64,000 bases of DNA from assembly GCA_031271205.1 (NCBI GenBank), contig JAISWG010000015.1:2858-66857 (forward strand). Reading direction: 5' to 3'. Origin of the DNA: Endomicrobium sp. (lineage in GTDB: Bacteria > Elusimicrobiota > Endomicrobiia > Endomicrobiales > Endomicrobiaceae). The position numbers and the translations under genes were made by a program. The notes under the pieces are model-generated. The model saw only the letters and a program-made list of their open reading frames with translations. It ran no database searches and was not told the DNA's origin. Below, piece by piece: positions 21,466-30,878 of this stretch; the first letter of the stretch is position 1, and every line of letters starts with the position of its first letter.

Positions 21466-22716
21466 ATGGAAAATATAAAAAAGAAAGATGCTGAAATTTA
21501 TGATGCACTGGTAAGGGAGTTGAGAAGACAGAAAGAAACCATAGAGCTTATAGCTTCGGAAAATATAACTTCTCTGGCTGTTATGGAAGCTCAAGGAACT
21601 TGCTTAACAAATAAATATGCAGAAGGTTATCCGGGTAAAAGATATTATGGTGGTTGTGAGTTTGTTGATATTGTTGAAAACATAGCTATTGATCGCGCAA
21701 AAAAACTTTTTAATGTTAACTTCGCAAATGTTCAGCCACATTCTGGTGCTCAGGCGAATTTTGCTGTTCAGCTTGCGTTACTAAATCCTGGTGAAACTAT
21801 TATGGGTTTAAGTCTTTCTCATGGTGGGCATTTAACGCACGGCAGTTCTTATAATGTTTCAGGAAGATGGTTTAACGTAGTTTCTTATAGTGTTAAAAAA
21901 GATACTGGATATGTAAATTATGATGAGATGGAAAAACTTGCCTTAGAACATAAACCTAAATTAATAATTAGTGGTGGTAGTGCTTACTCAAGAGTTTGGG
22001 ACTGGAAAAAGGTAGGCGAGATTGCTAAAAAAGTTGAAGCTTATCATATGAGTGATATAGCTCATTATGCAGGTCTTATAGCTGCCAATATATACCCTTC
22101 CCCAGTAGAATATGCTGATATAGTAATTACAACAACACACAAAACTTTGCGGGGTCCTCGTGGAGGTTTGATTTTAACAAATAGTGATAAGATTGCAAAA
22201 AAAATAAATTCAGCTGTTTTCCCAGGTGAGCAAGGTGGTCCCTTAATGCATGTTATTGCCGCTAAGGCTGTAGCTTTCCAGGAAGCTCTTAACCCAGAAT
22301 TTAGAGAGTATCAGAAACAAGTTTTAATAAACTCCAGAAAACTTGCTCAGGAATTAGGGCGAGGGGGTCTCAAGATTGTTTCTGACGGTACTGATTCTCA
22401 TATGTTTTTGGTTGATTTAAGACCTTTAAATGTTAAAGGAAATGTTGCTCAAGAGACTTTAGAGAAAGCTGGGATAACTCTGAATAAAAATGGAATTCCT
22501 TATGATACTGAGAAACCGACAGTAACTTCAGGTATTAGGATTGGTTCTCCTGCAGTTACTGTAAGGAGGATGAAAGAGTCTGAGATGACGAAAATAGCTC
22601 AATCAATAATAAAAGTTCTTAAAAATATTGATAATAATAAGATTATTTTAGAAGTTAAAAAGGATATGTTAAAACTTTGCCAAGATTTTCCTATATATAA
22701 AGGATTAGAGTATTAG
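21466..22716 (+). CDS. glyA: Serine hydroxymethyltransferase
   Basis: [38 protein letters not shown]. Confidence 0.99.
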   Translation: MENIKKKDAEIYDALVRELRRQKETIELIASENITSLAVMEAQGTCLTNKYAEGYPGKRYYGGCEFVDIVENIAIDRAKKLFNVNFANVQPHSGAQANFAVQLALLNPGETIMGLSLSHGGHLTHGSSYNVSGRWFNVVSYSVKKDTGYVNYDEMEKLALEHKPKLIISGGSAYSRVWDWKKVGEIAKKVEAYHMSDIAHYAGLIAANIYPSPVEYADIVITTTHKTLRGPRGGLILTNSDKIAKKINSAVFPGEQGGPLMHVIAAKAVAFQEALNPEFREYQKQVLINSRKLAQELGRGGLKIVSDGTDSHMFLVDLRPLNVKGNVAQETLEKAGITLNKNGIPYDTEKPTVTSGIRIGSPAVTVRRMKESEMTKIAQSIIKVLKNIDNNKIILEVKKDMLKLCQDFPIYKGLEY

Positions 22717-22761
22717 TTTGTTTAGTCTTATTAAGTATGTAAGGTTTTCGTCTTTAAAAAT

Positions 22762-22790
22762 TTGATTTTCACTTTGCTTTTGTGTATAAT
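22762..22790 (+). promoter_or_regulatory. Sigma70-like promoter of tRNA-Asp
   Basis: TTGATT (22762-22767), 17-nt spacer, TATAAT (22785-22790), 16 nt upstream of the tRNA. Confidence 0.6.
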
Positions 22791-22806
22791 TCTGCTTGTT
22801 AAATTT

Positions 22807-22885
22807 GGGGACGTGGTGTAGTCTGGTTTAACACACTGCCCTGTCAAGGCAGAGACCGCGGGTTCAAATCCCGTCGTTCCCGCCA
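22807..22885 (+). tRNA. tRNA-Asp(GTC)
   Basis: GGGGACG/CGTTCCC acceptor stem, CTGCC-CT-GTC-AA-GGCAG anticodon arm, GGTTCAAATCC T-arm, encoded CCA. Confidence 0.98.
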
Positions 22886-22916
22886 AAATTTCTGTGAGAT
22901 GTAAGAATTTGGTGTT

Positions 22917-22966
22917 AATTAAAAATGTAAACAAGATCTATAAAGATCTTGTTTACATTTTTAATT
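22917..22966. repeat. Perfect 23-bp inverted repeat (likely terminator of tRNA-Asp)
   Basis: AATTAAAAATGTAAACAAGATCT-ATAA-AGATCTTGTTTACATTTTTAATT. Confidence 0.85.
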
Positions 22967-23464
22967 TAAATTACATATTTTTTATTTGTCTGATAAAATT
23001 ATATACCTAAAAATTTATAGTTATTAATCAAAAAATGAATGTAATTAAAATCTCGAAAAAGATGATTTTGAATAGTTAAGTTAAGAGCGTTTATAGAAAA
23101 AATTTGACATAGAGAGACATTGAGTAGAATAATGTAAGAAATACACCGAGAGAAGAAATGAAGCAGAAAGAAATTTGGCTAAATCCAAAAAAACCTAAAT
23201 ATGATACAGAGGAAACTATAGAGTAATGTGATAATTAAGTAACAAATAGATTAAAAGGTTTTAAAATAAAAAAGTTTTTAAAACTCAATATTTATATTTT
23301 CTGTATGACAACGATTGATATAATGAAGTTGAGAGTAAACATATGATGAGAACGGTTTTAAGTTTTAGTACTGAAGAGAAGAAGGAAAATAAAAGGGTAA
23401 ATGAATTTTTTGTTTATATAAATTTTCGATTTCTTCTTTTTTAAATTTTTTATTAAAAAAATAT

Positions 23465-23788
23465 TTAGTTGCAGTATTGATTTATCCATTTAAGGTAATC
23501 CTTATTTGCGTTTGATATTGATATAGAAATTATTTGTGGAACTTTATATGGATGCAGCAATCTTACTTGTTTTTTAAGGATTTTAAAATTCTTTTCAATT
23601 GTTGTCATTGTTATAAGGGTTTCAGTTTTTTTTTCGACTTTATTGTTCCACCAATAATAAGACTTTATACTTTGTGATATTTGTGCGCTTGATACAATTT
23701 TTTCTTTAAGAAATGTTTTGAGAATTTTTTGAGTCGTTTTTGCATCAGGACTTGTCACAAATACAAGTAGGTATTTGGAAGATTTCAT
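23465..23788 (-). CDS. cutA: Divalent-cation tolerance protein CutA (ATG 23788)
   Basis: VFVTSP, SYYWW, HPYKVPQII, YLKWI. Confidence 0.9.
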   Translation of the reverse strand: MKSSKYLLVFVTSPDAKTTQKILKTFLKEKIVSSAQISQSIKSYYWWNNKVEKKTETLITMTTIEKNFKILKKQVRLLHPYKVPQIISISISNANKDYLKWINQYCN

Positions 23789-25101
23789 TTTTTCTCCGAA
23801 CAACTAAAATCAAGTTTATATATATCTATAAGTAAATCTTTTAAAATAGGCATATTTTTCTTATTATCTTTTATAAAAGCGTTAACTTATTTTTTTGTAT
23901 TCTGAAGATTTATAGTATTATGTAGTTTCAGTTAGAAATAGACTATTGCTTGTTACTTTTTTATGCCTTTATATTAATTATTACATATATTTTGCCATTT
24001 TTTTTTGTTTTTTATCAAATATGCTCTTTATTAGTTGTTTTTTCTTATACATTATTATACAATATTTCGCTTTTTTTGTTTCCATTGTTTTAGAAGTTTT
24101 TACACAATTATTGTCGTGGTAAAGTCAACTTTTATCAATAAATTTAAGAGAATTATTTGAAAAAGTTTCATCATTATTTAATGTAAATATTTGCCTTTTT
24201 AAGTACTCTTTGTACCAAAAACTATAATGTTACTACGTATATTTGTAATAAAAACTGTATCATACACTGTGTAAGAGGAATGTTTAATTAAAACCTAAAA
24301 GTTTTATAAGAGAGTTTATTCTGTTAGCTTTTGTATTTTATATTGATATTATATCAATCTTTTTTTGTTTTTATAGATAATTTTATAAAATACAGCTTCG
24401 TAATGAAATTTATTATGTTATAATTCTGATTTTAATATTTGTTTACATTGGTAAAAGTTTCTAGAAAAATAAAGAGGAAAATAGTGAACAAAAGTTTTTG
24501 TCTCTATTGTTATTTTGCGTTCTTAGCTACATTATCTTCAGGCATTAACACTTGGGTAGCAAGAATTTACAGTTATCCTAATAAATAAAATTATTTTATG
24601 CTGTTTTGTGTTGTATATGTTTTGAAAATAACTTAAAATAAAATCATTGCACATTGTTTTTTTGGTTGAGCGTGATAGAGGCTGGTTTGGTATGCAAATA
24701 AAACTATAAAATCGGCGGTTTTTGTATAAAAAGTTGACTACAATGCCAAAAAGTAACCCAAGGTGCAGGTCAGATGGACGTCTAAAATATATTTAGCAGC
24801 AACTTTCGATGGGTGAGGAAAAAAGCTAAAGCTATACAATGATTTTAGTGGAGTTAAATGGCTCAAGTTTTTTGACTGGTAAGAAAAGTTGGAATTGAAA
24901 GAAGTTGTAAAATTTAAAGTTGTGTGATGCAATTTTTGTAAATTTTTCTGATTCAGATTTTGCGTTTGTGTGCCAATCGTATATGTAAGTTTGTGAAGAA
25001 TTGGACAGAATATAATTATAGATTTGAAAGATAAAAAATCTAAGTATTTATAACAATAGAAGTTTGACTACATATCTTTTTTTGTTGAAAAAGGTTTTTA
25101 T

Positions 25102-25986
25102 ATGCTTGATTATAAAAAGTTGTTAAAAGATTTTATCTTATATATAGTTGTTGAAAAGGGATTATCAAAGAATACAGTTTTAGCATATAGAGCTGATATT
25201 TTGAAATTTATTACATTTACAGAAAAAAAACAGATTTCTGTTGAAGATTGCCAACATCAAGATATTACAGAGTTTTTGTGGTTGACAAAACTTGGCGGTT
25301 TTAAGCCCAAATCTCTTTATAGACTTGTAGAATCTTTGAGACAGTTTTATAAATTTTTAAACTGTGAAGATATAATTAAAAATAACCCTACTATTTACTT
25401 AGTCTCTCCAAAAGTTTCTGAGAATTTACCCAGTGTTCTTACATTCGATGAGGTTATGCTTTTATTAAATGCCGTTACCGATGAAAGTGAAACAAACGTA
25501 AGAAACAGAGCTATGCTTGAACTTCTGTATGCTACAGGATTAAGGGTTTCTGAGCTTGTAAATCTTAAGTTTTTAAATATAAATTTGCAGGATAGTTTTT
25601 TGAGAATTATAGGTAAAGGGTCTAAAGAAAGATTGATACCGTTTGGTGAAAAAGCTAGAAATTTTATCGATATTTATCTTTTAAAGAGAAAACCTTATAC
25701 GAGTCCTGAAGATAATATTTTTATTTCAAGGCTAGGAAAGAAGCTTTCCAGAGTAGAATTTTGGAGACAGTTAAAGAATATAGTAAAAAAATCTGGCATA
25801 AACAAAAATATTACGCCTCACACATTAAGACATTCTTTTGCAACTCATATTTTAGCTGGTGGAGCTGATATTCGTTTTGTTCAAGAAATGTTGGGACATG
25901 CTTCAATAGCTACTACACAAATTTATACTCATCTTGATAATGGTAAAATCATACAACAACACAAACTTTTTCATCCAAGAGGATGA
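25102..25986 (+). CDS. xerD: Tyrosine recombinase XerD
   Basis: EKGLSKNTVLAY, LLYATGLRVSEL, GKGSKER, PHTLRHSFATH, LGHASIATTQIY. Confidence 0.93.
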   Translation: MLDYKKLLKDFILYIVVEKGLSKNTVLAYRADILKFITFTEKKQISVEDCQHQDITEFLWLTKLGGFKPKSLYRLVESLRQFYKFLNCEDIIKNNPTIYLVSPKVSENLPSVLTFDEVMLLLNAVTDESETNVRNRAMLELLYATGLRVSELVNLKFLNINLQDSFLRIIGKGSKERLIPFGEKARNFIDIYLLKRKPYTSPEDNIFISRLGKKLSRVEFWRQLKNIVKKSGINKNITPHTLRHSFATHILAGGADIRFVQEMLGHASIATTQIYTHLDNGKIIQQHKLFHPRG

Positions 25987-25993
25987 TAAAGTT

Positions 25994-26803
25994 TTAAATA
26001 TTTAGAGTTTCATTCATGCTGCCTGTGCGGTAGCCTAAGAGATCTACTGAAATATAAGCATATCCCAAATCTCTTAGTATTTTGTAAATTTTTTTTCTAT
26101 TATTTTTGTCCATGAGAATTTCAAACCCAATTTCGTCAGTTTCAATTCTTGCTAAATTGTTATGATGTCGTACTCTAACTTGCTTTAATCCAATATTAAG
26201 AAGCATTTGCTCAGCCTTGTCCACCATAGATAGAGCTTCATAGGTAATTTCCTGTCCGTATGGAAACCTTGAAGACAAACATGCAAAAGATTGTTTATCC
26301 CAAGTAAAGAGTCCTAACTTTTTTGAAAGTATTCGTATTTCGTTTTTTGTAAGATTTGCATAACGCAGAGGACTTTTTATATTAAGCTCCGATATCGCAA
26401 CGAAACCTGGACGATAATCATTATTATCATCAATGTTTGAACCCTCAGCTATATTATTGATTTTTGCATTTTTTGCTATATTCCAAATTTTTGAGAAAAG
26501 ATTTTTTTTACATAAATAACAACGGTTGATGGGATTATATGAAAACCCCTTTATACTTAACTCTTCAGAGTTGCATATTATGTGTGTTATGCTTTCTTTT
26601 TTACAAAAAGAAATCGCTTCGTTAAGTTCTCTTTGCGGAAAAGAGCAAGATTTGGCTGTTACTGCTATAACTTTTTCTCCAAGTAAGTCATGTGCTATTT
26701 TTAGCAAAAAAGTTGAATCAACACCTCCAGAAAATGCAATGACAAGATTTTCTAAGTTTAATATATATTTTTTTAGAACTTTATATTTTTGTTTAGTGTT
26801 CAT
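25994..26803 (-). CDS. larE: LarE sulfur insertase of nickel-pincer nucleotide (NPN) biosynthesis
   Basis: AFSGGVDS PP-loop, RCYLCK, DYRPG, ACLSSRFPYG, RVRHH, GYRTGSMN. Confidence 0.93.
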   Translation of the reverse strand: MNTKQKYKVLKKYILNLENLVIAFSGGVDSTFLLKIAHDLLGEKVIAVTAKSCSFPQRELNEAISFCKKESITHIICNSEELSIKGFSYNPINRCYLCKKNLFSKIWNIAKNAKINNIAEGSNIDDNNDYRPGFVAISELNIKSPLRYANLTKNEIRILSKKLGLFTWDKQSFACLSSRFPYGQEITYEALSMVDKAEQMLLNIGLKQVRVRHHNNLARIETDEIGFEILMDKNNRKKIYKILRDLGYAYISVDLLGYRTGSMNETLNI

Positions 26804-26804
26804 T

Positions 26805-28016
26805 TTATTTTAACTTTATATTTTTTTTAATTTCATCAAATGTTTTGTTTTTTATACGAGCTATTTTTGCTATGTCTTCAAACTCAAGTTTTGATTTTTT
26901 TATTCCAAAACCTTCTCCTGTTTTAATACGGATATTACCGTATAACGTTTTTTGTATGGAAGTTTTACGGTTTAAAATATAACGTTTACAAATAGTTTCT
27001 CTTACTCCAAAAGTGGAAGTATATTCTAAAATGAGTTTCGCAAAAAAATTAGCTTTTTCTGCATTGCATATGCATGTAAATAAAAATCCTGGGCGATTTT
27101 TTTTCATTTGAATAGATGTATGAAAAACGTCTAATGCACCTTTTTCTAAAAGTAACTCTGAAGTAAAGCTTAAAGATTCTCCTGTAATATCGTCTAAGTT
27201 GCACTGTAGTTGCACTATGGTATTGTTCGTGGTGTTTGTATCTTTACTTGACTCTCCTAAAAAAGCTCTCACATAGTTTGGCATTTCAATTTTACGCATT
27301 CCCATTCCATAACCTATTTTTTTTATACGCATTATAGGCATTTGACCAAAATTGGTGACGAAATATTTTATAATAGCAGCACCAGTAGGTGTGCATAATT
27401 CTCCTTCGTATTCATTTGTATAAATTGGAATATTGTATAAAATGTTGGCTGTTGCTGGTGCCGGAACTGGAAAAACGCCATGAGTGCAATGTAAATGACC
27501 TTTGCCTATATTTATTGGCGATGATATTATTTTGTTTGGTGATACATTATCCACAAGTAAGCATATACTGATGATATCAATTATTGCATCAATTTCTCCA
27601 ACTTCGTGAAAGTGTATCTGTGTTACAGGTTTATGATGAGCTTTTGCTTCAGCTTGAGCTATTATGTTATATATATTTACAGCATTATCTTTAACTTTTT
27701 TTGATACTTTTAACTTTGATATGATGTTTCCGATTGTTTTTAAATTTGTATGGCTGTGTTTATGCAAATGGTTATGTTTTGTATGGCAAGAATTTTTTTC
27801 GTGTTCTTTACATCCATGAATTTTTACGTGGATTTTGGTTCCATTTATAGAATTCTTTTTAATAGATTGTGCTGTTATGCTTGCGTTATTTAGCCCAAGA
27901 GAGTTTATTTGCTTTAAAAAAGCATTTTTATCATTGTTTCCAAGTAATTCATACAATGCAGCTGTCAGCATGTCTCCTGCAGCGCCCATAGAACATTCAA
28001 GATAGAGAGTTTTCAT
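26805..28016 (-). CDS. larC: LarC nickel insertase
   Basis: GAAGDM, His-rich stretch, AEAKAH...HFHEVG, PVPAPAT, TPTGAA, CNLDD, MKKNRPG, STFGVR. Confidence 0.95.
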   Translation of the reverse strand: MKTLYLECSMGAAGDMLTAALYELLGNNDKNAFLKQINSLGLNNASITAQSIKKNSINGTKIHVKIHGCKEHEKNSCHTKHNHLHKHSHTNLKTIGNIISKLKVSKKVKDNAVNIYNIIAQAEAKAHHKPVTQIHFHEVGEIDAIIDIISICLLVDNVSPNKIISSPINIGKGHLHCTHGVFPVPAPATANILYNIPIYTNEYEGELCTPTGAAIIKYFVTNFGQMPIMRIKKIGYGMGMRKIEMPNYVRAFLGESSKDTNTTNNTIVQLQCNLDDITGESLSFTSELLLEKGALDVFHTSIQMKKNRPGFLFTCICNAEKANFFAKLILEYTSTFGVRETICKRYILNRKTSIQKTLYGNIRIKTGEGFGIKKSKLEFEDIAKIARIKNKTFDEIKKNIKLK

Positions 28017-28786
28017 TTAATGGTCTCCATTTTGTTGATACGATTTGCAATAATGCCTGCTCCAAAACCATTATCTATGTTTACTACTGAAATTCCATTT
28101 GAGCAAGAGTTAAGCATAGTAAGCAGAGCTGAAAGTCCTTCAAAGTTTGAACCGTATCCTACACTTACAGGTACAGCTATTATAGGGCAGCTTACAAGCC
28201 CTCCTACTACGCTTGCAAGAGCACCTTCCATCCCTGCGACAGTTACTATAACCCTTGCTTTTGCAAGAGTTATGTATTTAGACAAAAGCCTATGTATTCC
28301 TGCTACTCCGACATCGTATAAGCGAGTGACTTGGCTTCCAAGTGTTTCGGCTGTTATCGCGGCTTCTTCGCATATAGGAATATCGCTTGTTCCTCCGGAA
28401 ACTATAACAACAGAACCTATAAGCTTGCTAATTTTATTGTGTTTTACCACTGCGATTTTCGCGATTAAGTGATATTCCAAATTTATTTTTTGTTTTACTA
28501 AAAAATCTGCTGTTTCTTTAGATATTCTTGTGATGATAATATTATCTATATTTTCATCCAGCATATTTAAAACAATGTTTGCTATTTGTTCTTTCGTCTT
28601 TCCTTGTCCAAAAATAGCTTCTCCAGATCCCTGTCTCAAGTTTCTGTGATAGTCAATGTTTGCAAAACCTAAATCTTCAAAAGGTACAGTTTGCAAACGC
28701 AATATAGCGTCTTCAGGGGATATAGTTCCTGATTGAACCATTTTTAAAAGCTTAATGATTGTTTTTTTATTATTTACTTTTTTCAT
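28013..28786 (-). CDS. larB: LarB NaAD carboxylase/hydrolase (PurE-like)
   Basis: GTSDIP, DVGVAGIHRL, AGMEGAL, SVGYG, LNSC...VVNIDNGFGAG. Confidence 0.95.
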   Translation of the reverse strand: MKKVNNKKTIIKLLKMVQSGTISPEDAILRLQTVPFEDLGFANIDYHRNLRQGSGEAIFGQGKTKEQIANIVLNMLDENIDNIIITRISKETADFLVKQKINLEYHLIAKIAVVKHNKISKLIGSVVIVSGGTSDIPICEEAAITAETLGSQVTRLYDVGVAGIHRLLSKYITLAKARVIVTVAGMEGALASVVGGLVSCPIIAVPVSVGYGSNFEGLSALLTMLNSCSNGISVVNIDNGFGAGIIANRINKMETIK

Positions 28787-29066
28787 AAATTAATTTTGCT
28801 AAATTTTTTATTATTTTTGTTGTAATTTTAAATAAGATACAAAGGAGCACTAGTCCAATAGTACCCGCTAAAAATGTTGATGTGTAATGATTTTCCACAA
28901 AAGGAAAAGAATATCCTGAAAATAGAGATGATGTTTCTTTAACCTTGTTTATAAATTTGTAATTTATGGCAAGCGTTTCCAAGGCGTCTGGAAGTTTTGA
29001 AGCAAACAAACTTGCTAAAAATACTGTAAATATAGGAATTACAAGCACTAATTTTTTTTTATTCAT
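28770..29066 (-). CDS. PDGLE-domain protein (NikN/LarN-like ECF accessory subunit)
   Basis: TM helix, ASKLPDALE (PDGLE variant), second TM helix; directly follows nikM. Confidence 0.8.
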   Translation of the reverse strand: MNKKKLVLVIPIFTVFLASLFASKLPDALETLAINYKFINKVKETSSLFSGYSFPFVENHYTSTFLAGTIGLVLLCILFKITTKIIKNLAKLIYEKSK

Positions 29067-29751
29067 TAGATTCTCCGTTTACGTTTCTAAATACTTTAAG
29101 CAATGTAACAGTTATTAATGCTTCAAGACAAGATATTCCAAAATGTAAGCCCATTATATTTTTAAATGCTGTTGAAAATACTATTGATCCTGATAATTTG
29201 AGCTCTATGAGACATACAAAAGAAGCTGCCATAACAGAGAAAAAACATGCGATAAAAATTCCAAAGTGTTGGTTTTCGTTTGAAAAAGCTTTGTACACGT
29301 AATAAGATAAGAAAGAGCCTATAAAAGCCATGTTAAGAATATTTGCTCCAAGTGCTAAAATCCCTCCGTCTGAAAAAAATAAAGATTGTATAATGATGAC
29401 AAAGGACATTATTATAAAACTTGCAAATGGGCCTGTAAGTATAGCAGCGAAAACTCCACCAAGTAAATGAGCTGAGGTTGTTGATTTTACAGGTATGTTA
29501 AACATTTGAAAAGCAAATATCCAAAGAGCTATTAAGGTTAATCTTTGGAAATATTTGCTGATATTTTCTGAAAATATAAAAAACGATTGTGAATTATCTA
29601 TGTTTGCACCTGAAACGTTATCCGCAATTATTCCTATGGTAACTGTTATAGTTTTTAATATTTTGCTTAGACAATATACAATCATGCCTAAGGCTTCAAT
29701 AAGCAATACTCCTTCCAAATTATTGTTTAAAAATCCATCAGGTATATGCAC
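29059..29751 (-). CDS. NikM/CbiM/LarM-type Ni/Co ECF substrate-binding component (GTG start 29751)
   Basis: With the GTG start, after a GGGAG RBS, it begins MHIPDGFL (metal-binding N-terminus). Also IFAFQM, SAHLLGG, QSLFFSDGGILALGANILNM. The ORF-track start 29856 is too far upstream. Confidence 0.92.
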   Translation of the reverse strand: MHIPDGFLNNNLEGVLLIEALGMIVYCLSKILKTITVTIGIIADNVSGANIDNSQSFFIFSENISKYFQRLTLIALWIFAFQMFNIPVKSTTSAHLLGGVFAAILTGPFASFIIMSFVIIIQSLFFSDGGILALGANILNMAFIGSFLSYYVYKAFSNENQHFGIFIACFFSVMAASFVCLIELKLSGSIVFSTAFKNIMGLHFGISCLEALITVTLLKVFRNVNGESNE

Positions 29752-29792
29752 ACATATTCTCCCAAAAAGTAAGATGCGTAATAAAGTTATGA

Positions 29793-30878
29793 TTATTTTT
29801 TCACTTTGATCAATAAATAGAAACCTATGCCTAAAAATATAAAGTCTGGCAGCCATGCTGCCATAAAATCCGATAGTATTAAATTTTTACCAAAAGAGGT
29901 TGTTATTGCTTGAGTCGCCCAATACATAAATATTGCAGATAATGCAACAAGAAAATTAAATATTATGTTTATTTTTCCTCCACCAAACCCTAAAGCAAAA
30001 GGTATTCCTATCATCATAACTATAACATTGGAAAAAACAGAAGCAAATCTTGTGTTCAACGCAATTCTTGCTTTTATTGTTGATTGTCCGAAAATTTTTA
30101 ATTGATTTATATATTTTTTAAAGTTAGCTATGTTCATGCTGTTGTATGGGACATCTTTAAATGCTATGTCTTCTGGAGTAACGTTTATGTTGTAACTATA
30201 TGTTTTAAAACAAACTTCATCTAGAAAGTTGCTTTCAAAACATCTCATAATGCCATTTTTAAGTACCCAAAATCCATTTTCCCAATTCGCTTTCTCTGAC
30301 AAAACAAGTCTTTTTAATTCAAAGTTTTTATTGTATCTTTCAAATACAACGTTTTTCATTGTATTTGTTTTTATGTCAAGATGTCCGACAGTTAATCTTG
30401 CATTATTTTTTAACGCTATTATTTGATTATAAAAATCTGTTTGTTGGTATGATTTTTCTTTTTTTATTTTTTCAGTATCTATTTTTCTGTTGTAAACTGT
30501 TGTTTTAGGCACAATAAATTCCCTGCAGGCAAAATCTGTAACCCCTATAAAAAATCCTATTGTAAGGAAAAGTGAGATAACAGACCATATATTTACTCCT
30601 ACAGCTTTCATTGCAGTAATTTCGTTTCTTTTTGTAAGACTACTTAGAGAAAACAGCAAAGCTAAAAGAGTAGTTACAGGTAAAGTCTGCACAAGCCATT
30701 CTGGGGTGTTTGTGAGCATGTGGACAATTATTACACCAAAAGTTGCCTTATTTTCCATGTAAAAATCTATTTTGCCAAGTAGTTGCGATACTATAACTAC
30801 AACAGAGAAAGCTATTGCTGTAAATATAAAAACTTTAACAAAATTTTTAACAATATACTTGTAAAGGATTTTTATCAT
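29793..30878 (-). CDS. lptG: LPS export permease LptG (YjgP/YjgQ family)
   Basis: NEITAMKAVG, 3+3 TM topology, AAWLP; tandem with an lptF-like gene. Confidence 0.85.
   Translation of the reverse strand: MIKILYKYIVKNFVKVFIFTAIAFSVVVIVSQLLGKIDFYMENKATFGVIIVHMLTNTPEWLVQTLPVTTLLALLFSLSSLTKRNEITAMKAVGVNIWSVISLFLTIGFFIGVTDFACREFIVPKTTVYNRKIDTEKIKKEKSYQQTDFYNQIIALKNNARLTVGHLDIKTNTMKNVVFERYNKNFELKRLVLSEKANWENGFWVLKNGIMRCFESNFLDEVCFKTYSYNINVTPEDIAFKDVPYNSMNIANFKKYINQLKIFGQSTIKARIALNTRFASVFSNVIVMMIGIPFALGFGGGKINIIFNFLVALSAIFMYWATQAITTSFGKNLILSDFMAAWLPDFIFLGIGFYLLIKVKK

Noticed and set aside
24395-24424. dif-like sequence GCTTCGTAATG-AAATTTA-TTATGTTATAA about 700 bp upstream of xerD
   Set aside because: The spacer is 7 rather than 6 nt, both arms are mismatched, and no strand-skew switch is apparent. 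It is better explained as an extended -10 box (TGtTATAAT) in AT-rich DNA.
25102-25986. Tyrosine recombinase as a prophage or island integrase
   Set aside because: Length and motifs match housekeeping XerD; no att repeats or mobile genes flank it.
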